Position numbers and translations under genes: made by a program. The notes under the pieces were generated by a model, which was not told the DNA's origin, did no database searches, and was given only the letters and a program-made list of their open reading frames with translations. A stretch of 62,614 nucleotides of DNA, the filler included, from Choristocarpus tenellus KU-1152 (Eukaryota; Protista; Phaeophyceae), in assembly GCA_964200185.2 (NCBI GenBank). It is 11 parts of 11 records of this genome, joined end to end, with 100 filler letters (N's around TTAATTAATTAA, not from the genome) between each part and the next. Parts side by side here need not be neighbours in the genome. Positions count along the whole stretch, not along the records: positions 45,020 to 50,245 come from CAXNAD020011436.1; positions 50,346 to 56,257 come from CAXNAD020009438.1; positions 56,358 to 62,614 come from CAXNAD020008553.1; 8 more parts are not named here. One strand, written 5' to 3'. Shown piece by piece: positions 48,855 through 62,050 of this stretch (the stretch's first letter is position 1; each line of letters begins with the position of its first letter).

Positions 48855-49950
48855 ACCAGACACGCCCGCACCTGCCCCAGGGCAGGGGAACAGGTACGAA
48901 AACACCCCCCCATCGTCAAACGTCTTAGCCAACTATGCTAGGGGATGGGCATCCCTTGCACTACGGAGGATGGTAGTCCTTTCATAGTGGACAGGAATCT
49001 CCGCATGGATCTGGTGTTCCACACAGGGGCACTACCAGACGCCGGAACAGCTCCCTACAGGGACAACGGTCTTCTGCTGAACCTCACCTTCGCAGAGGTA
49101 CAGGCAACCTCTCACCTCGCCCACTCATCCACCAGCAATGGTGTAGCTGCTGCTGCAGCTGAGGCGCGAAAGCGCACCCACTACGAGGGCTCCTTTGAAC
49201 CTCGTAGTTATAACCTCAACACCTTTACGGTGGAAAGTTTTGGGCACCTCGGCAAGCAAGCGGAATGCTTCCTGGATGAACTGGATACTCACATGGTAGG
49301 AGTGCGAGGAGCGGGAGGGATACGGCCGGAAAGGAATAGTTAAATCTAGACTACGCCATATTGTTTCGGTGACTACGCAAGTGGCATTGTCTCGACGTGT
49401 CAGAGCCAAAGTATCCTAGAGGGTAAGAATCGCGTCCATTTGGTGGCCAAAATTCAATGTTGCGATTTCATGATTGTTAGGAAGTGTCGATGTCCTTGTT
49501 CCGGACACACCTATTCATAACGTATACATTTGACCTACTCCGAAATATTTTACAGTAGGAAAATGTCATAAAAACCCCAAGGGGAGCCAAGTGGACAAAC
49601 AGGGCAAAATTCGTACCCTCTAAGATACTTTCACTCGTCATGCGCTTCAAACTAGAGTCACCAGGGAGATGGGCACGGAGGGGCCTATTGGATTCTTGGG
49701 ATGCCTCCCTAGCTCCCCCCCTCGGGGCACAGGAGTAGGTAGATGTGAAGCAAAGGACGACATTAGTACAATATTTTATAGTGGTGAAGTAACTGATAGA
49801 TTAGTGGTTTCCACACTTACAATGTTTTATAGTGTTCTTACGTTTATGATATTTTATTTCCTTAGGGTTAATATCGACATATGTATAGTTTTCATTGGTT
49901 TCCCCCCTGACATATCTGGAAAATGTCAGAGGGCATAATAATATATATAA
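48855..49950 (+). mobile_element. CRE-like LINE 3' end (RLE endonuclease domain + 3' tail), interrupted by a MITE
   Basis: HARTCPRAG..H, RMDLVF..LLNLT..AEARKRTHY..FTVESFGHLGKQA..VSVTTQVALSRRV|MITE|MRFKLE. The stem-loop tail is at 49882-49950. Confidence 0.85.
49403..49636 (+). mobile_element. MITE family A copy with GTCA target-site duplication, nested in LINE
   Basis: gtca|GAGCCAAAGTATCC...GATACTTTCACTC|gtca. Empty sites in the LINE copies at ~3080 and ~31805 carry a single GTCA. Confidence 0.95.
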
Positions 49951-50203
49951 AGCAAATAATAACAATGAGACTATTAATACTAATATTATATATTATTATG
50001 CCCTCTGACATTTTCCAGATGTATCAAGGAAAAAGCTAATTCAGTATAATAAATACCTCTATAACAGTAACAATAGTATTAATGATAATACCAACAATAA
50101 AGCAGGACAATATTTTATTCCAACAAATTCCGCTTCCATCTACAACATGACATGATTGAGAAGGTACCCCTCTACCTTACTATCTTGACCTTAATCACAA
50201 AAG

Positions 50204-50245
50204 GAGCCAAAGTATCTTAGAGGGTAAAGCCGCGTCCATTTGGGG
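50204..50245 (+). mobile_element. MITE family A left end at contig end
   Basis: GAGCCAAAGTATCTTAGAGGGTAAAGCCGCGTCCATTTGGGG. Confidence 0.88.
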
Positions 50246-51485
50246 NNNNNNNNNNNNNNNNNNNNNNNNNNNNNNNNNNNNNNNNNNNNTTAATTAATTA
50301 ANNNNNNNNNNNNNNNNNNNNNNNNNNNNNNNNNNNNNNNNNNNNCCTCCCCAGATACTTCGGGTCTATGGTACAACAGAAGTCAAGGATGAGGTCTGAC
50401 TATTTGGTATGGATATTATGGTAATGTTTTGTGGGAATGTGAAACACTTGGTTCTTGAAAATCTAAGCACACCACCTCTTGCTTGTAATATCAAGGGCAT
50501 AATGATGCTCCGCCGCTTCAGCATGCCATTTGACGCTCTATGCTATGTTATACTATAACAATGTTTCCTTACAGGTACTAAAATATTGTGATCTGTTTAT
50601 GCAATTATGAATGCCTCAGACCCCCCATGTTGCACTCAAGAGCTGAAATTTGTATGAACACTGTGCTAGACGCTAACCATAGTGAATTTTTTGTACCCCT
50701 TGTCCTAGTAGGTCGACATGATTTACATCTACATGATATTTTCTTTTTCAAATATGCGATGCATGCATATTGCAACCTTAGCCCTTCATTATCTTACATC
50801 TATCTTGTGTATTCATTGCATCTCACTATGTTGGTATGTCCGCCCCTGCCTCATATGACCCCGAGTTAGGATTGTGCAGCAGGTAGCATGGTTATTTATT
50901 GTTGATGAGAAACATTGTTACCAAGACATTTGGGATGCAAATTTTCTACATTTGTGAGTTGGTGCTAGATATGATCAGTCATATCCAAACAGTTGGATAA
51001 TTTTCAGTTGATTACTGGCAGGCCAATTGTTCAATTGTTCTTATCTGTATTCTTCTTGAACGAAATCAATGGACTCTTTCTTGGAGTCTATTGAACTACA
51101 GATGACCCTCTTCATCTCGACTCCAAAAAGGATATACCAGTAGCTCCCATTGTTTTCGCCTTTTCTGACAGGGACATGGATGGTTTTGATTCAGGTGTAC
51201 ATTTTTGGGGTGTGTGATTCTATCTTGAAACCTAAATGATCAATTTCCATCCACCAAATTAATTGGAAGTTGGTGGAACAATATGGGTTCATTCTCTATC
51301 CCCTCGCTTGCTCTTTGGAGTGTATGAAACAGCACAAAACGGTTCTTAGAAATTATTCTTAGAATACAACTCTATCTCACAGCATTATAGGCCTTGTCAT
51401 CGCAGTGCCCTGAGCAAGGCGAGATCAACAAATTGATATGACTCCCAAGGACGTAATTGGTCTGTTTATTGTACCCACATTACAG

Positions 51486-53805
51486 GTACGGACACATGCG
51501 TATGGATACTTTGCAAAGCTCATGCGCCGTATTCCTGAGGTCAGCAGCTCAGGGGGAGGTGAGAGACATTTTTTTTTATTGCTCGTCTAAAAGAATTAAG
51601 GCTAGCTTCGCTCTAGATAACATAGATAACATAGATGTGCTGGCTACTCCTGGTAGTTGCTGATTTTTTATTGGGAGGAGCTAGACCTCGCGTGGTGTAG
51701 CATCTGTGCCCCACCACATGTTTCCTGGCAACTGACGTACTGACTCCTGGCAACGTATGTTCTGATAGGTGCTATTATTGTGTGATTTAAGCCTTTGTTG
51801 AGACGCTGTATGGCATCAGGGGTTAGTTTTGTTTACTTTTCTGTTGTCTCTTGATTGTAGGTGCAGTGTGGTCTTTGTGAGGTTTATCAGCCCCCCCTCC
51901 CTCCTTCCCTTCCCTTCCCTTCCCTTCTTTCTTTTTTCTTTTTTCTAGTCTTTATCCCAATAGATATGAAACATACGAGAAAACTAAAACCAGCTGTTGT
52001 GGACATGCTTTGATTCATCTGGCAAATTATGCTTGCTTTGAAAAGTGCTCTTCATCCTCGTGTTCAGTTTTTGTATGTATACCTGTTAAATTAACCTTCC
52101 CTGTCCCACCAACTCTCTCTATCTCCCTGGGTTCATTTTGCATGGCACAGGTGCTTGGAATCCAAACAGTCTAGGCTACCAGCATGCTGAAATGTCTCCC
52201 GTCGACCAGAAGTTGGAGGTACGAAGGTGTCTTTGTATGCTGCATCCCTGCCCCTAGGCACAGCTGAGCCTTTTTGTATTCAGTGCATTTTGTGATTGTA
52301 ACTTGATACATTTCTAGGGAAGCGATTGGAAATATGTTAGTGTAGGTTTTGCTCATGGTGTGCACCTATCTGTGGCACTAGGTCTGCATGGGGTCAGGTT
52401 CTGCTTGGAGGCCAAGTCAAGTCATTGATAGGGTTCTTGTGCACACTGCCACTTCAAAGTTCAGTATATGTGTAGGCCTGGGGGGACGGCTCTGTACCTA
52501 CAGCTTCAGCACATTTGCAAATTCAACTCAGAACTCACACACTAAGGCCTGGTGTGAATCTTTCCTATACCTTCACCTGTGACCTGATGCCCAGACCCAA
52601 GATCCAGCCTTTCACATCATTGTATTGCAACCAGCTCATTTCTGGTGTTCCTCATGATGAGACAGTCCATGCCCTTGTATTTATGGGGGGCAAAGTGTCC
52701 TTGTTCAAGTGATAGATTGCTGCAGTTTTGAATCACAAATGCTACTTTAAATTTTATTCAATGAATAGTTCTTTGACACTCCTGTTGTATCTGCATGACA
52801 CCAATCAAGTTTATTATGTTAGAAACATTCCCGAACCTGTTTCTTTGGATACAGATCCTCTGCCCACCTCTATTTCTTGAGTAACACATAACCCTATGAA
52901 ATCCTTGCTCACCCTACTCCCCCCCCTTCTTACTTGAATTGGAATGCTTCTCTGGTTGTATGTAGATCCCAAGGTTTCCAAGTGGTACTGAGCTGAGTGC
53001 AACACTCAATTCCGGCCACAATTACCACTCCAGCAGGGGGCTGCCTTACAAGGCTCATTCCCAACCGGCCAATGATCGCAGACTACAAGAAGACATGTTG
53101 AGGGGGGGGGAGATTATTTCCCTACCTAGGCATGAAGGCAGTGATGATGACCTTTGTCCTCGGCGTTTCCCACGGGGCAGTGGTGGAGGGGACACTCCTA
53201 TGTTGGAGGTGGCCCATGAGGTTAGAAATGGGGAAGGGGAGGGATTGCAGAAGAGGTGAAGAATTTTTTTTTGTCTCTCTCTTTACGGTGCTTTGTGATC
53301 ATAGATTTGATCATAGATTTGATGGTATGTTGTGGTTTACCTACATCTGTCTTGTGTTTCCCTTCCCAGCAAGGCAAGATGTGTTGAATGTGAACAGATC
53401 TACTGAACTATTGACAACCCTTTTTGTATGCCATACTATGCCATTGTCGTAACACACACACATACAAAAGTTGGTTCCAACCTGTTGATTCGTTGATTTT
53501 CATTGGGTTGCAAGCAATTGAAATGACTTACCAAATACGGATTATATTATATCATTCCAATATCTTGTTGTCTCATTCCAAGTTACTGTCCAATGGCAAC
53601 TCCGCAATGCCACTCAACTCATAAGAGCTCGTTTTCTTGCAATGGTCGATTTAACCTTGACATTTGAGGGGGGTCTACTCTTGAGAATCTCTTCGTCAAC
53701 TTGAGTCAATGTTGGGGTTTTTTCGTATTAATTGTCTTGTGTCCTCCCTTTTCCCTTTCCTCCAAACCATCATCACTTTTGCTCTCTTGATCTATTCATG
53801 TTCAC

Positions 53806-53842
<37 letters not shown>

Positions 53843-55941
53843 CTCTCTTGATCTATTCTTGACATCCCTACAGGGATGGGCGCAGGACCCCATGAATGGC
53901 ATGGATTTTGGAAATGGCGCATCGTCAGCCAATGCCAACAATATGCCAAGGTTTGTCTAGATAGTTGGTTTCACAACAGAACACAGGAGTGTGGTGTGTG
54001 CATCTACTTGGAGATCTTTGTATCTCTCCAATCCGTCAAATCCTGGTCTCCCATGGTTGCAAGAAGTGACCTTGTTCTCCTTGCCCATTGTCCAGTGTGT
54101 GTGTAATGAACTTCATTGTATAGCATTGTATAGCATTGTATAGTCGGTTTGACACGGCTGGAGAAGGGTAAAAACCGAAAATTAGTTGATGGTAGCCAAG
54201 ATGGGAGGCAAGTGGGTTGACCTATGGTCTTTGTTGATTTCTGAGAGAGGAGGAAATTTTTGTGGGTATTTTCTGGTTGTGGATGGTCTTTTTCCCCCCT
54301 CCCTCCCTCGAAAAATATCCGTCTTCTGTCAGGTGCTGCTATATTATTTTTATTACGGTGTCCATAGACTTGTCGTTGCCACCCACTCCATTCCTTCATC
54401 ATCCAACAAAACCTATAGGCTAGGCCAGCAGCACAAATGGCAGAGAGGAGGGAGCCACTGGTCTAATCATCAGATGACTACGAATTTCGGAATGGGTACG
54501 AGGTGTGTATTGTGGAATGAATGCATGGGTTTATGTGTAGGTAATGGGTTAAGGTGCAATGGTGAAGCTGTAGTTGTCACCTCTATTCAGATATGTCTAT
54601 GTTTGTGACACAGTGTTCCAAATGAGTAGAGACTACATGGTTTGCAGGGAAAAGAGAGGAAATGGAAGTCCTGTTTAGGGGAGTGAGCTAAAGCGTCGTG
54701 TGAGGTTCTTAGAATCAGTTGTGCTGGTTGCAATGGAAAGCATTGAAGATTCGAGATTCTCTTTTCTGTATTGAAAGACAATTGTGTTCTTTTGTGCAAC
54801 TAGATAAATACCTAACTGGCTTCGGTGCGTATAACGAAAAAGAACGGACTATTCCACTTTTACTTTTTGTTCTGAAATGATCTGTTGGTTGTTGTCTCCT
54901 TTTTATTTTGACATGAGTATTCTCCTTTGTTGCAGTTGTTGAGGTTCAAGTTCATTTTTTCAGTAGGTCCCTTTCCTCCTGCCTTGCTGTACATTCCATG
55001 TGGATGCTGAAAGATTAGCTCTACTTTTTGAGTACTGAGTCCAAGCATTGAAGAGGGTAGGACTGTCCGTTTGGGGTCCAAATTCAATGTTGTGATTTTG
55101 ATGTAATTATGGCTATCATGTTTGTTAGCAAGTGTCAATATCCTTGTTCCAGATACACCTTTCTTAGTTGTATACATTTTAGGTTTAGGGTAACTGTGTT
55201 CACTCAGAAAACCGAGAAAGGGCTTAAAAATCCCGTGGGAAGCCAAGCCCTGAATGGACAAACAGAGCAAAACTCGTACCCACTAAAGTGCTTTGGGTCT
55301 ACTACGGTACCAATTGGTGTACTTTTGAGGTAGAAGTACACAAGACACAACACTTATTGTATATATATATATTCTGTGAAATCCTTTCACACTAGTGATT
55401 CATTGTTTTGGCCTTTGCGCTGAAGCTCCCTGCAATTCATCTGCTGTTATCATCAGGTCAAGGAGACCAGGCGGCTCGCCATCAATTGTGATGAGGTGCA
55501 CTCCCTCAGATTCACCCATACCGTTGGATCTCACTGCGGATGATGGACCCAGACAATTTGAGTCTGTACCAAGGTGATGTATAATGTTGGTTTGATTTTT
55601 GTTTCGATAGATGATTCGTTGAACAACTATGGGTCAAAATTATCTCCCAGCCCCCCCCCCTTCATTGTGCAGACTAGTCTGTGCTTACAAGAGGATTGGG
55701 GGGTAAAGGTGTGAAGGTTCTGGAAGAGAAGAAAAAGGTACATTTCAAGATTTTAAGGCGCACATCTTATTCCTGATGTGAAGCCTGTTTGGGGGGGGGG
55801 GGGGGGGGGGAGAAAAAAATAAAGGTGGTTGTTGGGGTTTTTTTGTTTGTGTACAGAAGGGAAGAGAGNNNNNNNNNNGGGTAAGGGTAGGGGAAAAAGA
55901 AATGATAGGTGTATTTGTGTGTGTGTGGTGGGGGGTGGGGT

Positions 55942-55984
<43 letters not shown>

Positions 55985-56250
55985 TACAATATCAATATGT
56001 AAAGGTGGTTGTTCCTGTTGTGTCATCAGTGCACCATACTGAGGATGGCCAGATGCGATTGGTTGAGATGTGTTACGACAAGAGACTTGGCACCAGACAT
56101 AAACATGGGGATTTTTTTCGCGTTTTTTGACAAACCACTTTTCTTTGTCTTACCCCTAGCTTCTTCTTTGGACTCCTGCGTGTGCACAGGGCGTTCTGTG
56201 CGGAGCCCCCCCCGCAGTGTCTCTCGAAGGCTGAACCACGGGCAGTCTGA
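51486..56250 (+). CDS. Possible Myb-related (SHAQKYF-class-like) protein, 3' exons
   Basis: Phase-consistent exons 51486-51558 (VRTHAYGYFAKL), 52151-52218, 53874-53950, 55457-55573 and 56190-56250 (stop). Only the last helix of the putative Myb domain is present. Confidence 0.5.
54114..54143 (+). repeat. Tandem 10-mer (CATTGTATAG)x3
   Basis: Read directly from the sequence; intronic. Confidence 0.8.
55037..55299 (+). mobile_element. Diverged MITE family A copy with TACT target-site duplication
   Basis: tact|GAGTCCAAGCATTGAAGAGGGTAG...GTGCTTTGGGTC|tact. Confidence 0.85.
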
Positions 56251-58149
56251 TCCGTGCNNNNNNNNNNNNNNNNNNNNNNNNNNNNNNNNNNNNNNNNNNN
56301 NTTAATTAATTAANNNNNNNNNNNNNNNNNNNNNNNNNNNNNNNNNNNNNNNNNNNNAGGAAGACAAAAAGAAAAATGAAAAGTGGAGAATGAGGGGGGT
56401 AGTGAGGGGTGAAGAAGAGACAAAAAAAAAAAACTCAATTGATCCATTTCTCACACGTACGCACGCCAAGCTACCAAAGAGTCCTATGGTGCTCCGTGCT
56501 TCACGTGCGTAGATTCACCGGGTGCGCACGCACGTGCGTCAGTTGAAATCGAGAACATCGGAGGCTATTTTAGAGCCAGTGCTATTTTCATTTTGACTAA
56601 CAACAATCTGCAGGCAAGTGCTAACCCATCCACCATTTCATTATCGCATATGCTATTAATACTTGTGCCTTGATCTAGGACTAGCCCATATCCGTGGTTG
56701 GAGGCCCTAACCCTTCTTGCACCACTTCTCGTCAACTATGAGCAGCGTCCCTTAGCTGTCTCGCTTCTCTCACGCAATAGGTTGAGCCATCCCACCTCTA
56801 ATTGCTCTGCCCCCTCCTTCAAACCTCGTCCCCTACTCAACTGTCAGCGCCAGTTCACAATTAAGCCAGCCCACCACACTCCAGGTTTTCCCGAACCTCA
56901 TATGGCGTAGTGACAGACAAGAGACAGGATGCTTGCAGCACAGGTGTACAACCCCCCGGTGCTTACCGCGAGAACCCTCAAAACCAGGTTTCTCTTGGAA
57001 AAGAAAAGGACAGGGGACAGGTTTGAACCCATGCATACCTTTGACGGAGTGCTGGATATTAGCAAAAGGCTTTTCTTCAGCCTGGGCAGTTAACATGGTT
57101 GGGGTTTAGCCAGGGAATAGTTGCAGGCCTGTAGCTCAGCCATGCTGAAGCAGTTGACAGCCGTGGACCAGCCCTGTCAAAACATGACAATACAGGGCCG
57201 GCCCAGTCATCAGTCTAGCCATCTTGAAATAGATTACGTCCCACAGAGGAAAAAATATTTAAATGGAACGGGCCCGGTCAAGATGAGCTGTGTCGACCCA
57301 GTCAATACACGCCCAAAAAAATTCAAACCGCACGAGGGAGTAAATTATCTTTTCCTCTGTCCCTTCAGCCGCCCTCTTCCCCATGCACTGCAATAAAATT
57401 ACTTCAAGTTGGGTCGGACTGGCATCATACTCTCTGTGCCTTAGCCTTAGTGCGGCTGCAGGCCTGCCCACGACCCAGTCCAGTCCAAAAAAAAAATCTT
57501 TTTTTTTTTGAGGGCCTTCGTCTGGACATGTCAAGAAAATACTGGAACCGGTCTGAGCTGCGGACTCGACAGATTCAGATACTGGGCGGACCTGGTCCAA
57601 ACACGTAGGAAAATAGTGGAGCCACGCAGGCCTGCAGAAATACCCCTTTGTATTGCCTGGTCTGATTGAAAGGATCGCTCATATCCACTTGAGCTAGGGG
57701 GTGACTCCATCACAGCAGTCTCAATCAAAACCTTTTCTTTAGAGGAGACATATACAGTGGTATGGACTTACATTTATAAGCAAAAGAGGAGGGGGGAGAC
57801 ATGCTAGCCAGAACAGCTCAAATGACACGATGGAAATGGTATTAAGCACCGACGGACTTAAGTGATACGCATGTGAGGGTGTGTAGAAGGGGAGGGGTGG
57901 ATTAATTTCCACAATAACTAGGAGGCACCTGATGCATGTTGGGCAGGCAACGTTCACGAGAGAGTGGCATACCTGTGTAGGGACTACGTACATCCATGGC
58001 ATACCTGAGACTTTGAAAAAGTGCACAACAGTAGCAACTCTATTGAACCCCCCCCCTCACCTCCTTCACACAAGCCACTACTATGATCAGGGCAATTCGA
58101 TTGGGAAAGCGCAGACACAAAGCGGGTGGTACTAAAGAAGCACGAATAC

Positions 58150-60339
58150 CTCGTATGTGAAGCGGTCTCGTAGGCTATGAATCTTCTCATCAAACTCTGG
58201 GTCGACTTTGGCTGCCTCAACTATCTCCCTGTGGAAAGCAAGGCGCACAAAAAAAACCCAGTGCAGGCAGTCAAGGGACAGGACTACAAAACAAGAACAT
58301 GGAAATTGTATCATGACTGGCAGGACACAGGATTGCCTACACTACAGCAGTTACATCTTGGGATAGCACGAGGTCGAGCACAGTGCTTTGAGTCACCAGT
58401 GGTTGTGATGTGCTCTGGAAAGCGACTAATCCTGCAGGTCTGGATAATAATAACACATGAAGAGAAAGAGCTATGATTGATATCATGACAATGATGATGA
58501 TGATGATGGTGGTGGTGACAAAAAATTGTAGCGTGGGCATGACAACATTTATTGATACTCTAGGTTTTCCCTTTACAACAGTCAACCCAGGGGGGATGCT
58601 ATCAGTGAAAATTGCATCGCCATGTGCCAAGGTTCCCTCTGCCATCCATGACTGAAGGTTCTAGCAACAAAGCAGGATTGCCCCACAAAAACATCCCCCG
58701 CATGTGGTGTACAGCTACTAAGGAACAGATTCCCTGTTGGCTGGCTGGAGTGTACACTGCACTGTTTCCCTTCCAAACATTTGATTTCAGTAACTAAGAA
58801 CATGCCTTTCTCCTCCATTTTCTGAGGAGCGCCTGCAATGAATCACAGAAATATATATTTTTGGGTGAAGTATTTGGTCCAACTATCTTGTGACTGATAC
58901 GCTTCTATCCCATGGACTCATACGATTTGCTACAATATTGGTCAATAGTTGGGTAGCACCCAGAGCCAACGCCCTGCGCACCTCCAACATACCTCATCTG
59001 TGGAGAAAGAGAGGCTATAGTGGATTTGGTGGGTTTCTCACCTCAGCAACGCACGATTCTCTTTCTGCAGATCCTCTGTGGCCTCCACCATTCCCTCCAG
59101 AAATGTCACCATAAAATCGTGTGCATTGTGCAACGCCTGAACCCCGGACATGTTTGGCTGCTCACTGTAGGAGGGAGAGAAGAAAGGTGACGTTTGATCA
59201 GAGAGGAGAGGGGAAAGCAAAAAAGGAGAGATATGGGTGGGTGGGACAGTGGGTGGGGGCGCATGTTTCCGGCATGTTTCCAGTGGAAGCTAGCACCCCA
59301 ATTATGGTTCTACATCAGAATCGATAGACGCCAAGAATCGGAACATACTCTGTATGAAACACGATGCGTCTCCCTTCTCCTCCTTGCCAAGGGTATCGAG
59401 CAGAAGGTGAGTGCTGAAAATTGAGGGTAATGTCAACTTGGGGGAATCGTCTGCCGATTTTAAACTCGATACCGGCTTCCCTCGCCTGATGAGTTCATTG
59501 GTGAGGCCGATCAAATCCACAGACAGGAGAAATTCGGCGTGCTTAACCATGATGGCAGGCAACTCTTCCTCCTCTTCCGCGTCCATCACCTCCTCCATAA
59601 TACTATGAAACTTTGCTCGCACACTATCTGAAGTGGGTGTACGTGGAACTGACACGTTCCCTTCCTCTTCAAAACTGGATAAATCCACCTCTTCTACACT
59701 TATGTTTTCGTCAGACATAGGTGATGAATTTCGCGGACCCGCCCCACTTCTTCTCCCAACTCCCCCTGCTGTCGACCAGCCCTTTTCGTTTTCATTTTCG
59801 ATAGGTAAACCTGTTCCCTGGGTGCACATAGTCAAGCTCTCCCCATGACGCCCATAAAACTCCCTTTCCCGCTGCGATCGATACTTCTGGAGGAGAGAGT
59901 GATCAAATTTTAATCAGAGTGTGCGAGTGAAGGTTCGTGATATGCAGTTGGAGCGTGTTGTTGTTTGGAACTTTGTGACAGTGAAGCAACATTGATACCA
60001 CTCCTTTACGATTTTGCGAAATGAATATTGAAGTTTTAAGGTGTTGGCATCCGTTCTGTAATGATTTTGTGCTACATCACTGGGAAAAAGCGAAGACTAT
60101 CTTACGGAGCAGGAATTGTACCCACCTCTATCACCTGTCCCTGGTTGAGCACACCACACCCTTGCATATGGGAGATAGTCGCCCAAGATAGACTCGATGA
60201 GTAACTCATTGGCAAAATCATAAATGAGGTGCCTAGGGAGACTAGACATGCAGTTACGATGAGTAGGAATACCATACTCAAGGTCATTGCGAGGCACCCC
60301 TCTTCGACCACTACGACTGTGTGAGGTTCCAAACCTCAT
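58150..60339 (-). CDS. Hypothetical protein, spliced; boundaries uncertain
   Basis: Exons ~60339-60107, 59886-~59360 (acidic, helical), 59164-59042 and 58228-58150 have AG/GT ends. A further exon is probable near 57733-57530. No family was recognised. Confidence 0.55.
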
Positions 60340-61779
60340 CTTCTACAACATTTGATATTACCCCACGGGAGGTTATTTCACCCGATTTGACATGAGGGGT
60401 AACCTGAGAGCAGTTAAGATACACCGACTTTCTCTTGAAACACATCGGACTGAGTTGAGTGCATAACAGTGCAGATGTTCAGTGCCTTGAAGGTCTAGGC
60501 ATGCTGCAATCGCGAAGCAATGGTCATGCTTTGTTCATGTAGTTATATTATATTGGCAAGGTTGAAGAGGTGGTATGCGGTCTCAACTGCAAGTGTACTT
60601 TTGACACCCCTCTACCTAAATTTCGGTTCCCCCAGATCCCTTTCATAGTGCTCAATTCTACATCCTATCTATTCCCACGCTTTCCTCGTAGCTGCCCAAC
60701 CTCTGAGAATAGGCTGGTTGCTGATGCAATTTGGATTCATTTCTTATGCTGCCCCAAGACTAAAACGGTACGTTGATTCCTAGCAGGATGAACAGGGTCC
60801 CTGCTTGGGCTTTAACCCAATTACTCAGAAGCCATGGCAAGTTACCCTTGGGAAAAGGAGTTGACTGGCAAGTACACATGAGGTTATGGTGAGTGTGGAT
60901 CTGACCATTGAAATTGGACGCATCTTGCCTGTGTTTGGAATTACGAACCTCGTTTTGATCTTTGTGGGATGAAAGTTTCATTGATGCAGGCGCAGCTGTT
61001 TGGTTTGTCGGATTGAAGGCTCCCAAGGCCGAACATCGCACCAGCAGAATAATGTCCAGCTAAGAGATAAAGGACGGAATATATAGCCCGCTTTACTCTG
61101 CGTATTTGCTCGTTCGGTGAAAAGCAACTCTAAATTATTCCATGTAAATCATATCAAGTATGATAGGTCAATAGTTAGCCTTGCACACCTACTTTGTATA
61201 TCGTAATGAATTATGGTCGGCATCCTCCATCTTCGGAACGTTCAACATACTGGTACGTGTTTCGTTGTCCTCCCATCTGGGCACCTTGCTGTATTTACTG
61301 CTAAAGTGCTTATACGCATTCAATCAGATCACATAACTTATCTATTGAAGAACGTAGCAGGAAACGTTGCATTGAGTGATATGCAGTTTGGTTTTGTTTT
61401 ATCTTTCTGTTTCCTGCACCACATCATGAGCACAACTATCATCCCGCTCGAATGAAGATCTTGTGCCCAGTGACTGTGTTCTTGACTGTTGATATGGCAA
61501 CCATGGTATCACTAACCTGAAGGCAACCTCTCCAGTATGAGTAGGGTAAAACGGATTGACCTGCCCTGCCTTCTATAACTTAGCACAGATGTTTCACGAT
61601 GTGGTGGACACAGCTTGATGTCGGGAGTATTGGCGAGGTATTCAACAATACAGGGATCACTAATGTCATTATTGGTGTGACAGGGAATAAAATGAGTAAG
61701 GGGCGGTCAACAACTCAACAGTTCTCTCCCTGATGGGGGGTGGGCGTGGGCACATTATGTTTATCCATACACACACATC

Positions 61780-62050
61780 GTCGCAGAACAGGGAAGTTGG
61801 AAGCATTGTAGATCGATACCCATGTGAAAGTAGACATTGGGATGGGCTACATAGTGCTGATACTGTCCTGGACATACTTACATCGTGAACGTATTTTACG
61901 GTATGCCCTGAGTTCTCATTTTGCTTCCAACCGATAAACAGACAGCACTCTTGGATAATATCATGGTCTACTCTTGATCTATGATAGTACATGCTACCTG
62001 CCTCTGATGCGCTGCTCACTATGTTATGGGGCGCTCAATAACTCCAAAGC
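61780..62050 (+). mobile_element. Possible highly decayed Ty3/gypsy reverse transcriptase remnant
   Basis: Ordered fragments IVDRYP, KVDIGMGY, YGMP and LLDNIMVYS resemble gypsy RT motifs DxYP, LDLxxGY, MPFG and YLDDIIVYS. There are many stops. Confidence 0.35.

Noticed and set aside
51102-51195. Candidate exon upstream of the Myb-like exon
   Set aside because: Its end phase does not fit the next exon and it lacks Myb residues.
55925-55983. Long poly-G run giving poly-Pro/poly-Gly ORFs or a G-quadruplex
   Set aside because: It is an intronic homopolymer beside a gap, so its length is unreliable and the ORFs are artefacts.
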